Shown: positions 1-10,705, counted from the first letter of the stretch. The stretch is DNA of 64,000 bases from an uncultured Bacteriovoracaceae bacterium (GCA_964012805.1 CAXGUD010000002.1:64001-128000); one strand, 5' to 3'. The notes: a model not told the origin generated them from the letters alone. Made by a program: numbers and translations.

Positions 1-92
1 GGGCAGATAAAAAGTCTGGTATAAAATAAAGTTCTCCGGGAAGGAGGCACTTTGCCTTTTGAAAAAAGGTTGAAGGCCGTATATTAGGTTCC

Positions 93-866
93 ATGATAAA
101 AATCTCAGTTGCAATTATAACATATAATGAAGAAGATAATATCACTCGTTGCCTCCAATCAGTCAAAGGCATTGCAGATGAAATCGTAGTGATTGACTCT
201 CATTCAGACGACAAAACAGTTCAAATTTCAGAAAAACTTGGCGCGAGAGTTATAAAAAGACCTTTTCCAGGGCATATCGAGCAAAAAAACTTTGCTATCG
301 ACCAAACTCAGTATGAATGGGTTTTATCTATTGATGCCGACGAAGTCTTGAGTCAGGACCTAAAAAACTCAATAAAAAATATTAAAAAGCTAGGCCCTAA
401 ACCTAGTTTTTATGGTTTCTGCTTTAATAGACTCACAAATTACGCCGGTGTATGGGTCAAACATTGTGGTTGGTACCCAGACAAGAAACTACGGTTATTT
501 CATAAAAACCACGCTCGGTGGGCAGGTATGAACCCCCATGACATTATTGAGATGAAACCAAACTCTCAGACGGGCTTTTTGGATGGTGACCTCCTTCACT
601 ATAGCTATAACTCAATTTCAGACCATGTGAACCAGACCAATAAATTCACCACCATAGCAGCAAAGGCAGCTTACAAAAAGGGTATTAAATCGAATCACTT
701 TAAAATCTTCACAAGACCTCCTCTAAAGTTCTTGAGGGACTATTTTTGGAAAAGAGGTCTTTTTGATGGCCGCTACGGGTTTATTATTTGCCTCATCAAC
801 TCTCTTTCAGCTCTGCTCAAATACTCAAAATTAAAAGACCTTCAAGATGGAAAAAGGATTGATTAA
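93..866 (+). CDS. Glycosyltransferase family 2 (LPS core beta-1,4-glucosyltransferase-like)
   Basis: ISVAIITYNEE start, VIDSHSDD, DADE DxD motif, GWYPDxxxRLF and LLHYSY typical of WaaE/KdtX-like GT2. Confidence 0.9.
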   Translation: MIKISVAIITYNEEDNITRCLQSVKGIADEIVVIDSHSDDKTVQISEKLGARVIKRPFPGHIEQKNFAIDQTQYEWVLSIDADEVLSQDLKNSIKNIKKLGPKPSFYGFCFNRLTNYAGVWVKHCGWYPDKKLRLFHKNHARWAGMNPHDIIEMKPNSQTGFLDGDLLHYSYNSISDHVNQTNKFTTIAAKAAYKKGIKSNHFKIFTRPPLKFLRDYFWKRGLFDGRYGFIICLINSLSALLKYSKLKDLQDGKRID

Positions 867-1850
867 ATGAAAGTCGTTTTTTTTCACAATGTTAAACTGC
901 CAGTTCTTAAGTATGGAGGTATAGAAAGAATCCTTTATTGGCATATGGTAGAACTGGTTAAACAAGGTCATAAAGTCGTCTATATTGGACATCCTGAAAG
1001 TCAGGTTCAAGATAAAGGTATAGAGCTCATTCCCTTTGACCCCAAAAAAGACCCAGACTTTGAACACTACCTTCCGGAAAACCTTGATATTCTCCATTTA
1101 AGTGTCAATGCTCCCGTAAAAAGCAGTGTCCCTTACCTCATTACAGTTCATGGAAATGGTCAAATTGGAGAAGTTTTCCCCGAAAACTCCGTTTTTGTTT
1201 CTAAAAAGCATGCAGAAATCCACGGTAGTGATCAATTTATCCATAATGCCCTGGATTTAGATGAGTACCCTTATATAGGTCGGAGCAAAGATAAGCTTGA
1301 ATGGAAAAAGTTTGCTTTTCTAGCAAAGGCCAGTTGGAGGGTCAAAAACCTAAACCATTGTGTAAAGGCCATCAAAGAAACCAAAAAGCACCTCGATATT
1401 CTCGGTGGAAGAACTTTTTGGCCATCCCGCTACGTAAAAAGTCACGGCCAAGTTGGAGGGGAGGAAAAACTCAAGCTCCTCTCCCAATGTGATGCCCTTC
1501 TTTTTCCTGTTCGGTGGCACGAACCTTTTGGGCTTGCCATGATAGAAGCCATGGCTCTCGGTTTACCAGTTATTGGCTCTCCCTATGGAAGCCTCCCAGA
1601 AATTATCAAGCCTAATGTTGGGGTTACATGCCAAACTTTTGAAGAATTCCAAGAGGTTGTCAATTCCCAAAGGCCTCACTTCTTTGATCCAGATGAAATC
1701 AGAGGGTATGTTGAAGAGAGGTTTGCCATAAAAGACTACACCAGGAAGTACCTGGAGCTTTATAGGCAAGTGACTAAAAAAATTCCATTGAGTCCTTCCG
1801 CTCCAACTCTTCAAGGAGGCAAGAGGGCCGAAGACCTTTTACCTTTCTAA
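867..1850 (+). CDS. Glycosyltransferase family 4 (GT-B fold)
   Basis: YGGIER N-terminal motif; EPFGLAMIEAMALGLPVI (E-x7-E); abuts upstream GT2. Confidence 0.9.
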   Translation: MKVVFFHNVKLPVLKYGGIERILYWHMVELVKQGHKVVYIGHPESQVQDKGIELIPFDPKKDPDFEHYLPENLDILHLSVNAPVKSSVPYLITVHGNGQIGEVFPENSVFVSKKHAEIHGSDQFIHNALDLDEYPYIGRSKDKLEWKKFAFLAKASWRVKNLNHCVKAIKETKKHLDILGGRTFWPSRYVKSHGQVGGEEKLKLLSQCDALLFPVRWHEPFGLAMIEAMALGLPVIGSPYGSLPEIIKPNVGVTCQTFEEFQEVVNSQRPHFFDPDEIRGYVEERFAIKDYTRKYLELYRQVTKKIPLSPSAPTLQGGKRAEDLLPF

Positions 1851-2016
1851 TCGATTATTTTAAAGGTCTATTAAATGTCTAGGTAAACCTAGCTATAGGG
1901 CTTATTTTAATTTTGCTTCAGGTCAACAAAATGTGTTAATAATCCTCTAGACATGACTAATGCCACCCTATATGAATGAACCATATAAATAGAAAAGGCA
2001 CTTTTTGGAGGAAAAT

Positions 2017-2550
2017 ATGAAGTATTTAATACCTTTTATTCTTTTTATCTCATCAACTGTATTTGCTGCAAACAAGACTAAGCTAAATACTGCTAACTAC
2101 GTCAATGTAGAAAAGTATTTAGGAACTTGGCATGAAATAGCCAGGTTACCTGTCTTTTTTCAACTAAACTGCTTTAATGCCACAGCTACTTATGACCTAA
2201 TCGATGAAGAAACCATTAAAGTCACAAACAGATGTGAAACAAAAGTTTTTGGAAAGAAAAAAGTTGCCGTTGGAAAAGCTGAGCTCGTCGACAAAGTTAC
2301 GAACTCTAAACTAATGGTTAGTTTTGACAGCTGGTTTAGCAGGGCCTTCCCTGAGCAAGCAAAAGGTGACTACTGGATTTTAGAGCTTGCTGATGACTAC
2401 TCTTATGTTGTTGTAGGAGCTCCCTCAAGAAAATTTCTTTGGATTTTATCTAGGTCTCCTAAAATGGACCCTGGGTTTGTTAAAGAGCTAAAAGCTAAGT
2501 ACAAGAAACTTGGCTTCCCAACTCACAAAATGAAATCATACCGTAAATAA
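2017..2550 (+). CDS. Lipocalin family protein (Blc-like), secreted
   Basis: YLGTWHEIARLP, GDYWILEL, LWILSR lipocalin motifs; ATG 2017 follows a GGAGGA RBS; signal peptide without lipobox Cys. Confidence 0.9.
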   Translation: MKYLIPFILFISSTVFAANKTKLNTANYVNVEKYLGTWHEIARLPVFFQLNCFNATATYDLIDEETIKVTNRCETKVFGKKKVAVGKAELVDKVTNSKLMVSFDSWFSRAFPEQAKGDYWILELADDYSYVVVGAPSRKFLWILSRSPKMDPGFVKELKAKYKKLGFPTHKMKSYRK

Positions 2551-2575
2551 ATTAAGCTTATAAATTCGTTATTGC

Positions 2576-2602
2576 AAAGAGGGGTCTTAAGACCCCTTTT
2601 TT
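2576..2602 (+). terminator. Intrinsic terminator
   Basis: AGGGGTC-TTAA-GACCCCT stem followed by a T run, downstream of the lipocalin gene. Confidence 0.8.
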
Positions 2603-2688
2603 AATTGCTCAATTGAAAGTTCTTTTGCTAATAAAGGCCAAACACCTTTTATGGTCTTCAAAAACCACATTAAATAGGATTTTTTGAA

Positions 2689-3042
2689 ATGGAAAAAGCA
2701 CCCATCATGGAAACTGAAAAAGTGAAAAAGCAGAAACCAATAAATAAAAAGCAGTCCCCTAAAAAGGGGCAATGGAAATCAAAGACTGTAATATTTTTTA
2801 TTGGCTTAAGTTTTGGCCTTGGTCTCTACCCTCTTTCAAAGTCGGGCCTAAATAGCGTGAAGCCCCAGCTCAACTATTATTATGGAGTGGGGATTGAGAA
2901 AACCGTGGTTATAATAGATGAGTCTTTTGATTATTTAGTGACCGCTAAAGAGGTCTTAAAAGAAAAGCTCCAAACAAAAAAAAGTGAGCTGGGCCAAAAA
3001 GAAAAAGAAAAACAGGAAAGCTTTCAAATTCCTTTGACCTAA
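2689..3042 (+). CDS. Hypothetical single-pass membrane protein
   Basis: Basic N-terminus, one hydrophobic segment (VIFFIGLSFGLGLY), helical C-terminus; no family recognised. Confidence 0.65.
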   Translation: MEKAPIMETEKVKKQKPINKKQSPKKGQWKSKTVIFFIGLSFGLGLYPLSKSGLNSVKPQLNYYYGVGIEKTVVIIDESFDYLVTAKEVLKEKLQTKKSELGQKEKEKQESFQIPLT

Positions 3043-3063
3043 ATTAAGTAACTTAGCTATACT
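3034..3063 (+). promoter_or_regulatory. Candidate sigma70 promoter
   Basis: TTGACC (3034-3039), 18-nt spacer, TATACT (3058-3063) upstream of the M14 gene. Confidence 0.45.
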
Positions 3064-3189
3064 AAGGGCCTAAATAGAGAAAAGTGGACCATCTTTTATG
3101 CCAAAAAGACAGCTTTTAAAGCATATTAGGGTCATTTTTTTTACCATTTTAGCGTCACTTTTCTTGCCAATTTTTTACAAGTATAAATC

Positions 3190-4350
3190 ATGAAAAAATT
3201 CCAAAAAAAACTTATTCCGATCCGAAATCTTGCCAATGGAGATCAACAAAATATCGAAGTTCTGACTCTTAAAGGTCAAGAAGGTGGCCCAAAGGTCCAT
3301 ATTCAAGCAAGCGTACACGGTGCAGAAATTCAGGGAAATGCGGTTATTTACGAGCTCCTAAAAATTTTAAAAGAAAGAGATTTTAAGGGTGAGTTCGTGC
3401 TGATTCCTTGTGCAAATCCCATCGGAATCAATACAAAAAGTGGAACCACGACTCAAGGCCGTTTTAATCCCGTAACAGGTGATAATTGGAACAGAAATTA
3501 TGTCGATTTATCTGGTCTTTCTCTAGAGGAAACGAATTTTGATGTCCAAAAATTTGTCGATGACATGATAAAAAAAAACATAAATCATGACCTTATCAAA
3601 GACCACTTTAAAACTTTTATTAAAAATGCATATGATTTTTACTGGGGAAATTTTTTAAAAAGAAAAGGGCCAAGCGATAATAAATTTTTAAACATAACAC
3701 TTCAAAAACTGGCCACTCAAGCAGACATTGTTTTAGACCTTCATACAGGACCTAAGGCAACCCGCTATTTGTACGCTGGTGAGTTTGAAAAATCCTCGGC
3801 CAAGCACTTTTTAACTCCCTTTTCCCTCATTATTCCCAATAAATTCGCAGGCGCCATGGACGAAGCGACCTTCATGCCGTGGCTCACTTTGGAAAAAGAA
3901 TTTCAAAAAAGAGGTCAGTCTCATTCCTTTGGTTTTGAATCCTACACGCTAGAGCTTGGCAGTGAAGAAACCATAAATGAGCAAGAGGCCAAAAAGGATG
4001 CGGCCAGGATTGTGAATTACCTTAACTTTAAGGACCTCTCACTGTCTGATCCGCCAGCGCCGGAAAACCCCACACAACACTATTGCCTTCTTAAAGACTA
4101 TAAAACAATTTACTCCCCGAAAGCTGGACTCGTTGAATTTTTAAAAAGCCCCGGGGAGGGTTTCCAAAAAGGAGACGTTTTGGCATCCTTTTTGAATCTG
4201 AGAGGAATCGATTCCCTCGAAAAAATAAAGAAAGCGAAGACTTCTTTGGTCGCCGAAGAAGATGGCTTTGTCATCACCCACTCAACAACTTCTGTTATTC
4301 ATGAGGGAATGGAACTTTTTCAAGTTTTAACAAACCCAAAACCTTATTAA
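3190..4350 (+). CDS. Succinylglutamate desuccinylase/aspartoacylase family (M14) protein
   Basis: VHGAE zinc motif, NWNR, DLHTG, TLELG and C-terminal biotinyl-like SPKAG segment. Confidence 0.88.
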   Translation: MKKFQKKLIPIRNLANGDQQNIEVLTLKGQEGGPKVHIQASVHGAEIQGNAVIYELLKILKERDFKGEFVLIPCANPIGINTKSGTTTQGRFNPVTGDNWNRNYVDLSGLSLEETNFDVQKFVDDMIKKNINHDLIKDHFKTFIKNAYDFYWGNFLKRKGPSDNKFLNITLQKLATQADIVLDLHTGPKATRYLYAGEFEKSSAKHFLTPFSLIIPNKFAGAMDEATFMPWLTLEKEFQKRGQSHSFGFESYTLELGSEETINEQEAKKDAARIVNYLNFKDLSLSDPPAPENPTQHYCLLKDYKTIYSPKAGLVEFLKSPGEGFQKGDVLASFLNLRGIDSLEKIKKAKTSLVAEEDGFVITHSTTSVIHEGMELFQVLTNPKPY

Positions 4351-4356
4351 CTCTTC

Positions 4357-6165
4357 TTAAGGCCTTTTAAAATCTTTAGAAAAGTTTAGGGGTTGTTTTA
4401 CCCTCACCACTCCTCCACCTTTTGGTTTAGGAAAGGTCATTCCTTTTAAAACCTTTGTTAAACACGTTTTTCCACTTTTGGTGAAGGCCTTTCCTTTAAA
4501 ATGAAGCTTAACTTTTTTGACACTCCCAAGGGGAGAAATCAAAAAGTTGAGATTTGTTGTTGTTCCAAGAACAAATTTATTAAAGGCAAGCTCTTGCTGG
4601 TAACAAAATTTAAATTGGTGAAGATGCTTCATAAGTATTTTTCTTATCACTTCTGGGTCTAAGGCCCCTAATAAAACGGTCCTCTTTGAAATATCTATCA
4701 CTTCCTTTTTTAAATGATTCGACCCAATTTTTTTAGAAAGATTTTCTTCTTTAAAATGGGTTTTTCCTTTTAAGACACCACCTGTTTTTATTCCAAACTT
4801 TACTTTTTTTAATGTAAGGTTTGGATTTAAGGCGCCTCTTTTTCTAAGAGTTAAATCATTTCTTTTTTTCATTTGCTTTAATTTTGGCCCACCTTTTTTT
4901 AAAAAATGATCAAAGGCCTTTTTTAATTTATTTTGATCCCTTTTTTTCTTTATAGATCCAAGTACTCTCACTTTCTTTTTTTTCATCACCTTTTTTATTA
5001 TAGGCCTTGTTTTAGTTTTTGGTTTTATTATTTTTTGATTTTTTTGAGGTGGAATCAGTTGTGGTTTTTTATTTAATTTTTCGGTTTTTGGTTGAGGGTT
5101 TGAATCATTAAAAGAAATAAGTGTCTCACTTATGATCTTTTTTTCTTTAACCTCTTCTTTTTTATAAAAAAGGTTCGCTATTAAAAAGAGAATCAGGGTT
5201 ATAAAAAGACCTACTAAAAAAACCTTTGAATCCGATTTATTAAAGGTTAAAAGTCTTGTTGGGTTAACCAATCTTTTTTCATCTTTTAAAGTTATCACCA
5301 AATGGTTACACCCTTTTACAAAACAAACGCTCTCTCCTTTTTTAAGGGCCTCCCATTCTGTTAAGCGGTTTTCTTTTAAATTTTTTTCCTCTTTAATAGC
5401 TTTTAACTCAGGAAGAGGACGGTAAAGAATTTCGCCGTTCTTCACTTTCTTTATAAAGGGGTATTTTTCCTCCCCTTCTAAAAAAGGAATGACCAAATGG
5501 GCGGACTTTTTATTTTTTTTGCCTGTGATTTCAAGGTCACCCCTTTTAAGAGACTTCACTTCATTATAAATAAGGTTACCAGACGAATAGATTTCAATTT
5601 CTAAAAACTCACTTTTTAACTTAACTTTTTTAAAAAGTTCATCCTCTTGAATGTCCCTATTCACCTTTTTGGTTTCAAGAAAATCAAACTCTAGTTTTTC
5701 TAAAGGATTGGCCTGCCACTTATCAAGATTTTCAATATTTTTGACAAATTGATTTTCAAGCATTTTTAATTCATCAGGCCCTTCTTTAAAAAAAGAAGGA
5801 GGGCCATCGGACTTTTCACTTTTAACCTCTTCAATCATTTCCTCTTCATTTTTTTCTAAGATCCCTTCTATTGGGCCAAAAGTAATCATGTCCCCTTCTT
5901 TTAGACCTTTTTTAACATTACTCCTTCCATTAATTAAAAGCTCTTCATAGTGATGTAGGGGTTTTGCAAAATGATTCCCCTCTTTTGTTTTGAAAAAAAT
6001 GATTTCGTAGTCCGAGTACTGCTCATTATCTAAAACCACGTCACAGTTTTTATTTTTACCGACAATAACTTGATCTTTTGTAAGCCCAAAGGAAAGCCCC
6101 CTTTTATCCTCACTAAAGATTTTAAAACTAAGGTTAATATCTTTTTTATTAATTTCTTCTCTCAT
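4357..6165 (-). CDS. GltG/PglI (AgmX)-like gliding protein: FHA-like + TM + TonB_C-like domain
   Basis: N-terminal FHA-like segment, one TM helix, C-terminal LDPEVIRKIL..FKFCYQQEL..FPKPKGGGVVRVKQPLNF; operon context. Confidence 0.8.
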   Translation of the reverse strand: MREEINKKDINLSFKIFSEDKRGLSFGLTKDQVIVGKNKNCDVVLDNEQYSDYEIIFFKTKEGNHFAKPLHHYEELLINGRSNVKKGLKEGDMITFGPIEGILEKNEEEMIEEVKSEKSDGPPSFFKEGPDELKMLENQFVKNIENLDKWQANPLEKLEFDFLETKKVNRDIQEDELFKKVKLKSEFLEIEIYSSGNLIYNEVKSLKRGDLEITGKKNKKSAHLVIPFLEGEEKYPFIKKVKNGEILYRPLPELKAIKEEKNLKENRLTEWEALKKGESVCFVKGCNHLVITLKDEKRLVNPTRLLTFNKSDSKVFLVGLFITLILFLIANLFYKKEEVKEKKIISETLISFNDSNPQPKTEKLNKKPQLIPPQKNQKIIKPKTKTRPIIKKVMKKKKVRVLGSIKKKRDQNKLKKAFDHFLKKGGPKLKQMKKRNDLTLRKRGALNPNLTLKKVKFGIKTGGVLKGKTHFKEENLSKKIGSNHLKKEVIDISKRTVLLGALDPEVIRKILMKHLHQFKFCYQQELAFNKFVLGTTTNLNFLISPLGSVKKVKLHFKGKAFTKSGKTCLTKVLKGMTFPKPKGGGVVRVKQPLNFSKDFKRP

Positions 6166-6968
6166 AAAAGGCCTCTCTCGTTTAAACCTAACCTTTCCAA
6201 TCGGCTTTTTATCTCTTCACTTTCTATTGCTTTTCCTAATTTAAAATTTAAGTATTCCTTATAGGCTTTGACGTCCTCTCTTTTGGCCTCCTTTTTTTCT
6301 AATTTGTTTAATAAGTTTAAAGAGCTCTTAAATTCTTTTTTAAGAATATGGGCATAGGCCTTAGATATAATGACGCCGCTATCTTCTTCAGCGTTTGGAA
6401 TTTGATACAAATGGGATAAAGCATTAACGAAATCTCCGAACTTTAAATAGAGTTGGGCAACATTATAATGGGCGGTGAAAGAATGCTTGTCCTCTTTAAG
6501 GGCCTTTTTAAAGTTTAATAGGGCCATTTTATAATTTTTCCACTTTAGATAAATGAGCCCTTTATTATTATAGAGCTTACTTCTAAGACCTTTATTTTTT
6601 GAAGAGGTTTTCGTTAGGCCCAAAGACAGGTGGTAATAAGAAAGGTTTAATTGCCCTAATAAATAGTAACAAACGCCTAATTCATTTAAAATTTTGGTGT
6701 TTTTTGGGTCTTTTAAAACTTTTCTTTTTAAAGGGAGGAGATTTTTTTTAAAAATCCCTTTGTGGCAAGAGCTCAAATCCTTATAGGGTGAGTTTTGACT
6801 TAAATAAGGCCTTAACCTTTCATCGCTGTACCTCATGAGAGATTCCTTTCTTAAGGAGTCTTTTAATGGGTCAAGGACGACATTTCTTTTAAATTTTTGA
6901 GCGCACGAAGACATAAGTCCCATTAGAATAAGGAAGGCCCAAATCTTTTTTAATTCTATGCCTTTCAT
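6162..6968 (-). CDS. TPR lipoprotein, GltE/AglT-like
   Basis: AAGGAG RBS before ATG 6968, lipobox LMSSC, TPR repeats (LNELGVCYY, LYNNKGLIY, AHYNVAQLY). Confidence 0.75.
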   Translation of the reverse strand: MKGIELKKIWAFLILMGLMSSCAQKFKRNVVLDPLKDSLRKESLMRYSDERLRPYLSQNSPYKDLSSCHKGIFKKNLLPLKRKVLKDPKNTKILNELGVCYYLLGQLNLSYYHLSLGLTKTSSKNKGLRSKLYNNKGLIYLKWKNYKMALLNFKKALKEDKHSFTAHYNVAQLYLKFGDFVNALSHLYQIPNAEEDSGVIISKAYAHILKKEFKSSLNLLNKLEKKEAKREDVKAYKEYLNFKLGKAIESEEIKSRLERLGLNERGLL

Positions 6969-6981
6969 CCAGAACTCCTTT

Positions 6982-9762
6982 TTAAAGGTCCCTTGTGACA
7001 ATCATTTTATTTATGGGATAGTCGTTTATTGAGGACGTCTCTTTATAATTGACCTCTTCCCCCAAGAACTTTTTATACTTTTGAACCTCTTTTTTTACTT
7101 TATTTTTTAAGGCAGAAAAATTTCCCTTTTTTAGTTCAATCTTTTTTAATAAAACTATAAGAGAATTGAGAACAAGGGGAGTTGAAGTAAGAGACTCAAC
7201 CGGAAAGGAATTTTTACCTAGAAAGATTTCATTTAAGGCCTCTATTTCCCCTATTTTTTTTAAATCAATAATAACCCTCTCTTCCGTTACGTTTTTTTCA
7301 TTTTTTTTCATGTCAAAATAAATCTCCTCCATTTTTTTAAGGGAATTTAATTTAAAAGAAACATGGGTTTCATACTCTCTATTTTTCTCTTTAAAGAGTT
7401 TTAAAATGTCCTCTTTTACTTTAACCGTTTTCTCTTGCCGCTTTTTTTCGACCTCAAAGACAAAGGGAACCCACCAATAATTTTTAAGCGATATTTTTGT
7501 TCGGTACTCTTTCATTAAGAGGTGGAAGGACTTAAAATCATTTCTTTTTAAATAAAAATCAAGTGACACTTTTATTTTTTTCTTAAGTTGCTCAGTCGTT
7601 CCACACATTTGAAATTTATCTAAACTCTTTTTAATAACGCTATAAGAGCCGTCCGCCAGAGAGTAATTAAAAAGGTCTTCCATCATCATATTTTTTTGGA
7701 GGACACCTAAAAAGCAAATTTTTTCAATAATTAAAGAAGCCCCGATATAATAGTGCTCCCTTCCCACAGAATAAAAAAACTGATTTAGTAAAGACGTCAT
7801 GGTCCCCAAGGTTTTATCTTTTTTTCCAAAACTGTGCCTTTTAGCCCCTTCTAAAAAACTTTTGTAGGCCTTAAGGTAGCTTTCCTCTCGATTTTGAATA
7901 AAGGCGAGGGCAAAGTAGGCCTTTGAGACGACAACTTTAGAGAAAAGTCCCCCCGAGATCATTTTATAAAAGCCCTTTTTCGATTCTTTAACACTGCCCT
8001 CGTCTGCCATTTTTTGATATTTAGTAAAAAGAAAAGAGGCCAAATGGCCTAAAACGTTTTTAAAGGTCTCCTTAGGTACCTCTATTTTTTCTTTTTTAAT
8101 TTTCTTAACCCAAAATTCAAGTTTGTCTACCTTCTTTTTTAAAATCAATTTGTTTAAAATTTGATTAACCATTTTGGTTATAATGGCTTTTTGACCTGGG
8201 TACTTTTTTCTAAATTCCTCAAAGTTACTTTCTACCTCTCGGTCGTGACCTAACCTATAATGGAGGGTGAACATTTTTTTATAAAAAGATACAGAAAGGT
8301 TATGGTGAGGAAAATAATTTAAAAAAATCTTAAGGGACCAGAGTAATTCTCTTTTTTTAGGGAGCTTCAGTTGAATTTTTATTAAATCGAGAAGTGCCTT
8401 TTTTAAGTACTCCCTATTTTTTTTAAGGTCTAATTTATGGGCCACAGACTTTTTAATGGCCAATTTATAGGACTTGGTTGCCTCTTTTTCATTCCCTAGG
8501 GTTTGATAGACATTGCCGGTAAAATACTCCATTTTAACCGACTCATCCCTTTTAAATTCAAGGTAGGCTTTTTTTACAATCTTAAAACTTTTAAAGCAAA
8601 GACCCTTTTGGTGAACCTTTTTATTGTTTTTATAGACACATTTTTGATAGGCAAGGATCAACTTTTCAAGACTCAAAATCAATTTGTTTTTTTCTTCTTT
8701 TTTAAGAAAATCAACCCAATTTTTATTTATTTTTTTTAATAAAGAAAGGTATTCTTTTTCCCTTTTAAATTCCATCAAGAAATTAATTTTAAAAAAAAGG
8801 TAGTTTGCCTTTAAGTATTTATTTTTTTTAAGCTCAAATCTATTTTTCTTATTTATAAATTCTAAGATGCTTTTGGTCTTTTTATAAAGGCCCTGCTTTG
8901 AAGTCATCTTAGCAAATCTTAAGTAGTTAGAAACGGATTTGGCCTCTCCTCCCAAACGATAGAGGAAAAACAAAGGTTTTTTAATGTCTTTATAAAAGGA
9001 AGAAAATATAAAATAGCTTTCCATCACTATTTTTTTATTTTGAAAGTATTTCCATTTTTTTTCCTCCAAAAGGATTCTTTCCATATTATTTAAGGCCACC
9101 TTTCTCTTTTTTAAGCGGAAAAGGCACCATGAAGCATTAAAATAGTGCTTATAATACCAATCATTTTTTGTGTTTTTTAAAACGACTTGGTAGTGCTCTA
9201 AGGCCTTGGAAAACTCTTTTTCATTATAAAAATGCTCCGCCAATTCGACATTTATTATATACCTTAATTTTTTTTCGGTTTTATAGCGAAGCGCCTTTTT
9301 TAAATACTTAACAAGCCCCGATCCATCGGAATAATCCCTCGAGTTTAACCCCAAAAGAAATAAAATCTTCCCCTTCATCTTTTTAGATATTTTTTTTCTT
9401 AAGGCCCTGTCACCTAACTTTTTTACTTCCCAATATTTTTTTTCCCTTAAGGCCCTAAGTTTTGATAGTTTCTTTTTCTTAATTAAAGGATTCAATTCAT
9501 CAAAAGAATTTATTAAAAGACTATTTTCTCTTTTTTTAAGGATGCTTAACCTCTCTGATAAAAGCTCTAACACTCTATAATATTTTTTTTCTGTAAGGGG
9601 TTTATTTTTTTTAATCGATTGGATCTCTTCAAATATAAGACTTTCTATTCTATCCCATTTTTTCATCCCTTTTAACTCTTTGGCGAAAAGGTTTAAGCCT
9701 AAAAAACAAATTGAGATAGTAAAAATTAAAACCACTCTCATTTTTAAAGTTATACAATCCAT
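6982..9762 (-). CDS. Large exported TPR protein, GltD/AgmU-like
   Basis: Signal peptide, TPR-like helices (LAEHFYNEKEFSKALEHY, FNASWCLF); lies between aglS-like and gltE-like genes. Confidence 0.65.
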   Translation of the reverse strand: MDCITLKMRVVLIFTISICFLGLNLFAKELKGMKKWDRIESLIFEEIQSIKKNKPLTEKKYYRVLELLSERLSILKKRENSLLINSFDELNPLIKKKKLSKLRALREKKYWEVKKLGDRALRKKISKKMKGKILFLLGLNSRDYSDGSGLVKYLKKALRYKTEKKLRYIINVELAEHFYNEKEFSKALEHYQVVLKNTKNDWYYKHYFNASWCLFRLKKRKVALNNMERILLEEKKWKYFQNKKIVMESYFIFSSFYKDIKKPLFFLYRLGGEAKSVSNYLRFAKMTSKQGLYKKTKSILEFINKKNRFELKKNKYLKANYLFFKINFLMEFKREKEYLSLLKKINKNWVDFLKKEEKNKLILSLEKLILAYQKCVYKNNKKVHQKGLCFKSFKIVKKAYLEFKRDESVKMEYFTGNVYQTLGNEKEATKSYKLAIKKSVAHKLDLKKNREYLKKALLDLIKIQLKLPKKRELLWSLKIFLNYFPHHNLSVSFYKKMFTLHYRLGHDREVESNFEEFRKKYPGQKAIITKMVNQILNKLILKKKVDKLEFWVKKIKKEKIEVPKETFKNVLGHLASFLFTKYQKMADEGSVKESKKGFYKMISGGLFSKVVVSKAYFALAFIQNREESYLKAYKSFLEGAKRHSFGKKDKTLGTMTSLLNQFFYSVGREHYYIGASLIIEKICFLGVLQKNMMMEDLFNYSLADGSYSVIKKSLDKFQMCGTTEQLKKKIKVSLDFYLKRNDFKSFHLLMKEYRTKISLKNYWWVPFVFEVEKKRQEKTVKVKEDILKLFKEKNREYETHVSFKLNSLKKMEEIYFDMKKNEKNVTEERVIIDLKKIGEIEALNEIFLGKNSFPVESLTSTPLVLNSLIVLLKKIELKKGNFSALKNKVKKEVQKYKKFLGEEVNYKETSSINDYPINKMIVTRDL

Positions 9763-9764
9763 AA

Positions 9765-10202
9765 TTATGCTCCCCTTACAATGAACCTCATCTTTTTAAT
9801 GCCAACTTTTTTAACGATCCCCATTAAAACCTTAACGTCTTTGTAAAAGATCTTTTTATCGATAATGATATTAATCCCCTCACGCTTTCCTTTTTCCTCT
9901 TTCATGGACCCCACCAATGAGGACCTAATTTTTTCGTGAATCCCTGTTCCCCCTAAAGGACCAATCATTAATTCATTAATAAAGACGTCCTTTTTTTCAT
10001 TAACCTGTAACGACAGGACCTTTTTTCCCTTAGCGTATTGATTTAAACTAGGTGGCGTTAAAGGGTTTGCTAAATGAGTTTTAAAGCTATTAGGGTTATA
10101 ACTTTTTAGTAAAAAAACTAATAAAATGATCAAAATATCTAACAAACTGGTGATATCCACGTCACTCATATTTTGTTTTTTTCTGGTTTTATAATTTCTC
10201 AT
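9765..10202 (-). CDS. ExbD/TolR family protein, AglS-like
   Basis: DITSLLDILIILLVFLLKSY TM helix with conserved Asp; IIIDKKIFY C-terminal motif. Confidence 0.85.
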   Translation of the reverse strand: MRNYKTRKKQNMSDVDITSLLDILIILLVFLLKSYNPNSFKTHLANPLTPPSLNQYAKGKKVLSLQVNEKKDVFINELMIGPLGGTGIHEKIRSSLVGSMKEEKGKREGINIIIDKKIFYKDVKVLMGIVKKVGIKKMRFIVRGA

Positions 10203-10705
10203 TAAAGCCCTCCTTTTAAATGCCCTAAGGTCACAAGATCAAAAAGGGGGAATCTTTTCTTTTTATCTTTTTTATAAGAGTACTTAACAACTTCCACTAC
10301 CTTTAAAACGCTTTCATAGCTTACGTTGTCTGATGGCCAGATCTTAATTTTCCTCTCATCAGGCATTTTCTTTTTAAGCTCCACTAATTTTTTATGAAGC
10401 TCCTTTAAATAGTTTTTTTCATGATCAATTTTTAAAACGATCTTTTCTTTTAGGGCCTCATGGTCGGTTTCTAAGACCAATAACTTCTTTTTTAAAAAAA
10501 GATTGACGGAGCTTTCTTTTTGACCTCCTCCCCCTCGGGCACTTTTTGCCAAGGGGTCAACTTTCATAGCGATTTCCCCCAATTGAACAAACTCCGCAGA
10601 CAAAAGGAGGAAGAATATAAAAATAAAAATAGCGTCTAGGATGGGGATTAAGTTTAACCTTTCAATCCTCTTTCCCTTATTTTTTTCTTTCACGGCTAAC
10701 CTCAC
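10202..10705 (-). CDS. ExbD/TolR family protein, AglQ-like
   Basis: LNLIPILDAIFIFIFFLL TM helix with conserved Asp; PSDNVSYE; LFDLV C-terminus. Confidence 0.85.
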   Translation of the reverse strand: MRLAVKEKNKGKRIERLNLIPILDAIFIFIFFLLLSAEFVQLGEIAMKVDPLAKSARGGGGQKESSVNLFLKKKLLVLETDHEALKEKIVLKIDHEKNYLKELHKKLVELKKKMPDERKIKIWPSDNVSYESVLKVVEVVKYSYKKDKKKRFPLFDLVTLGHLKGGL

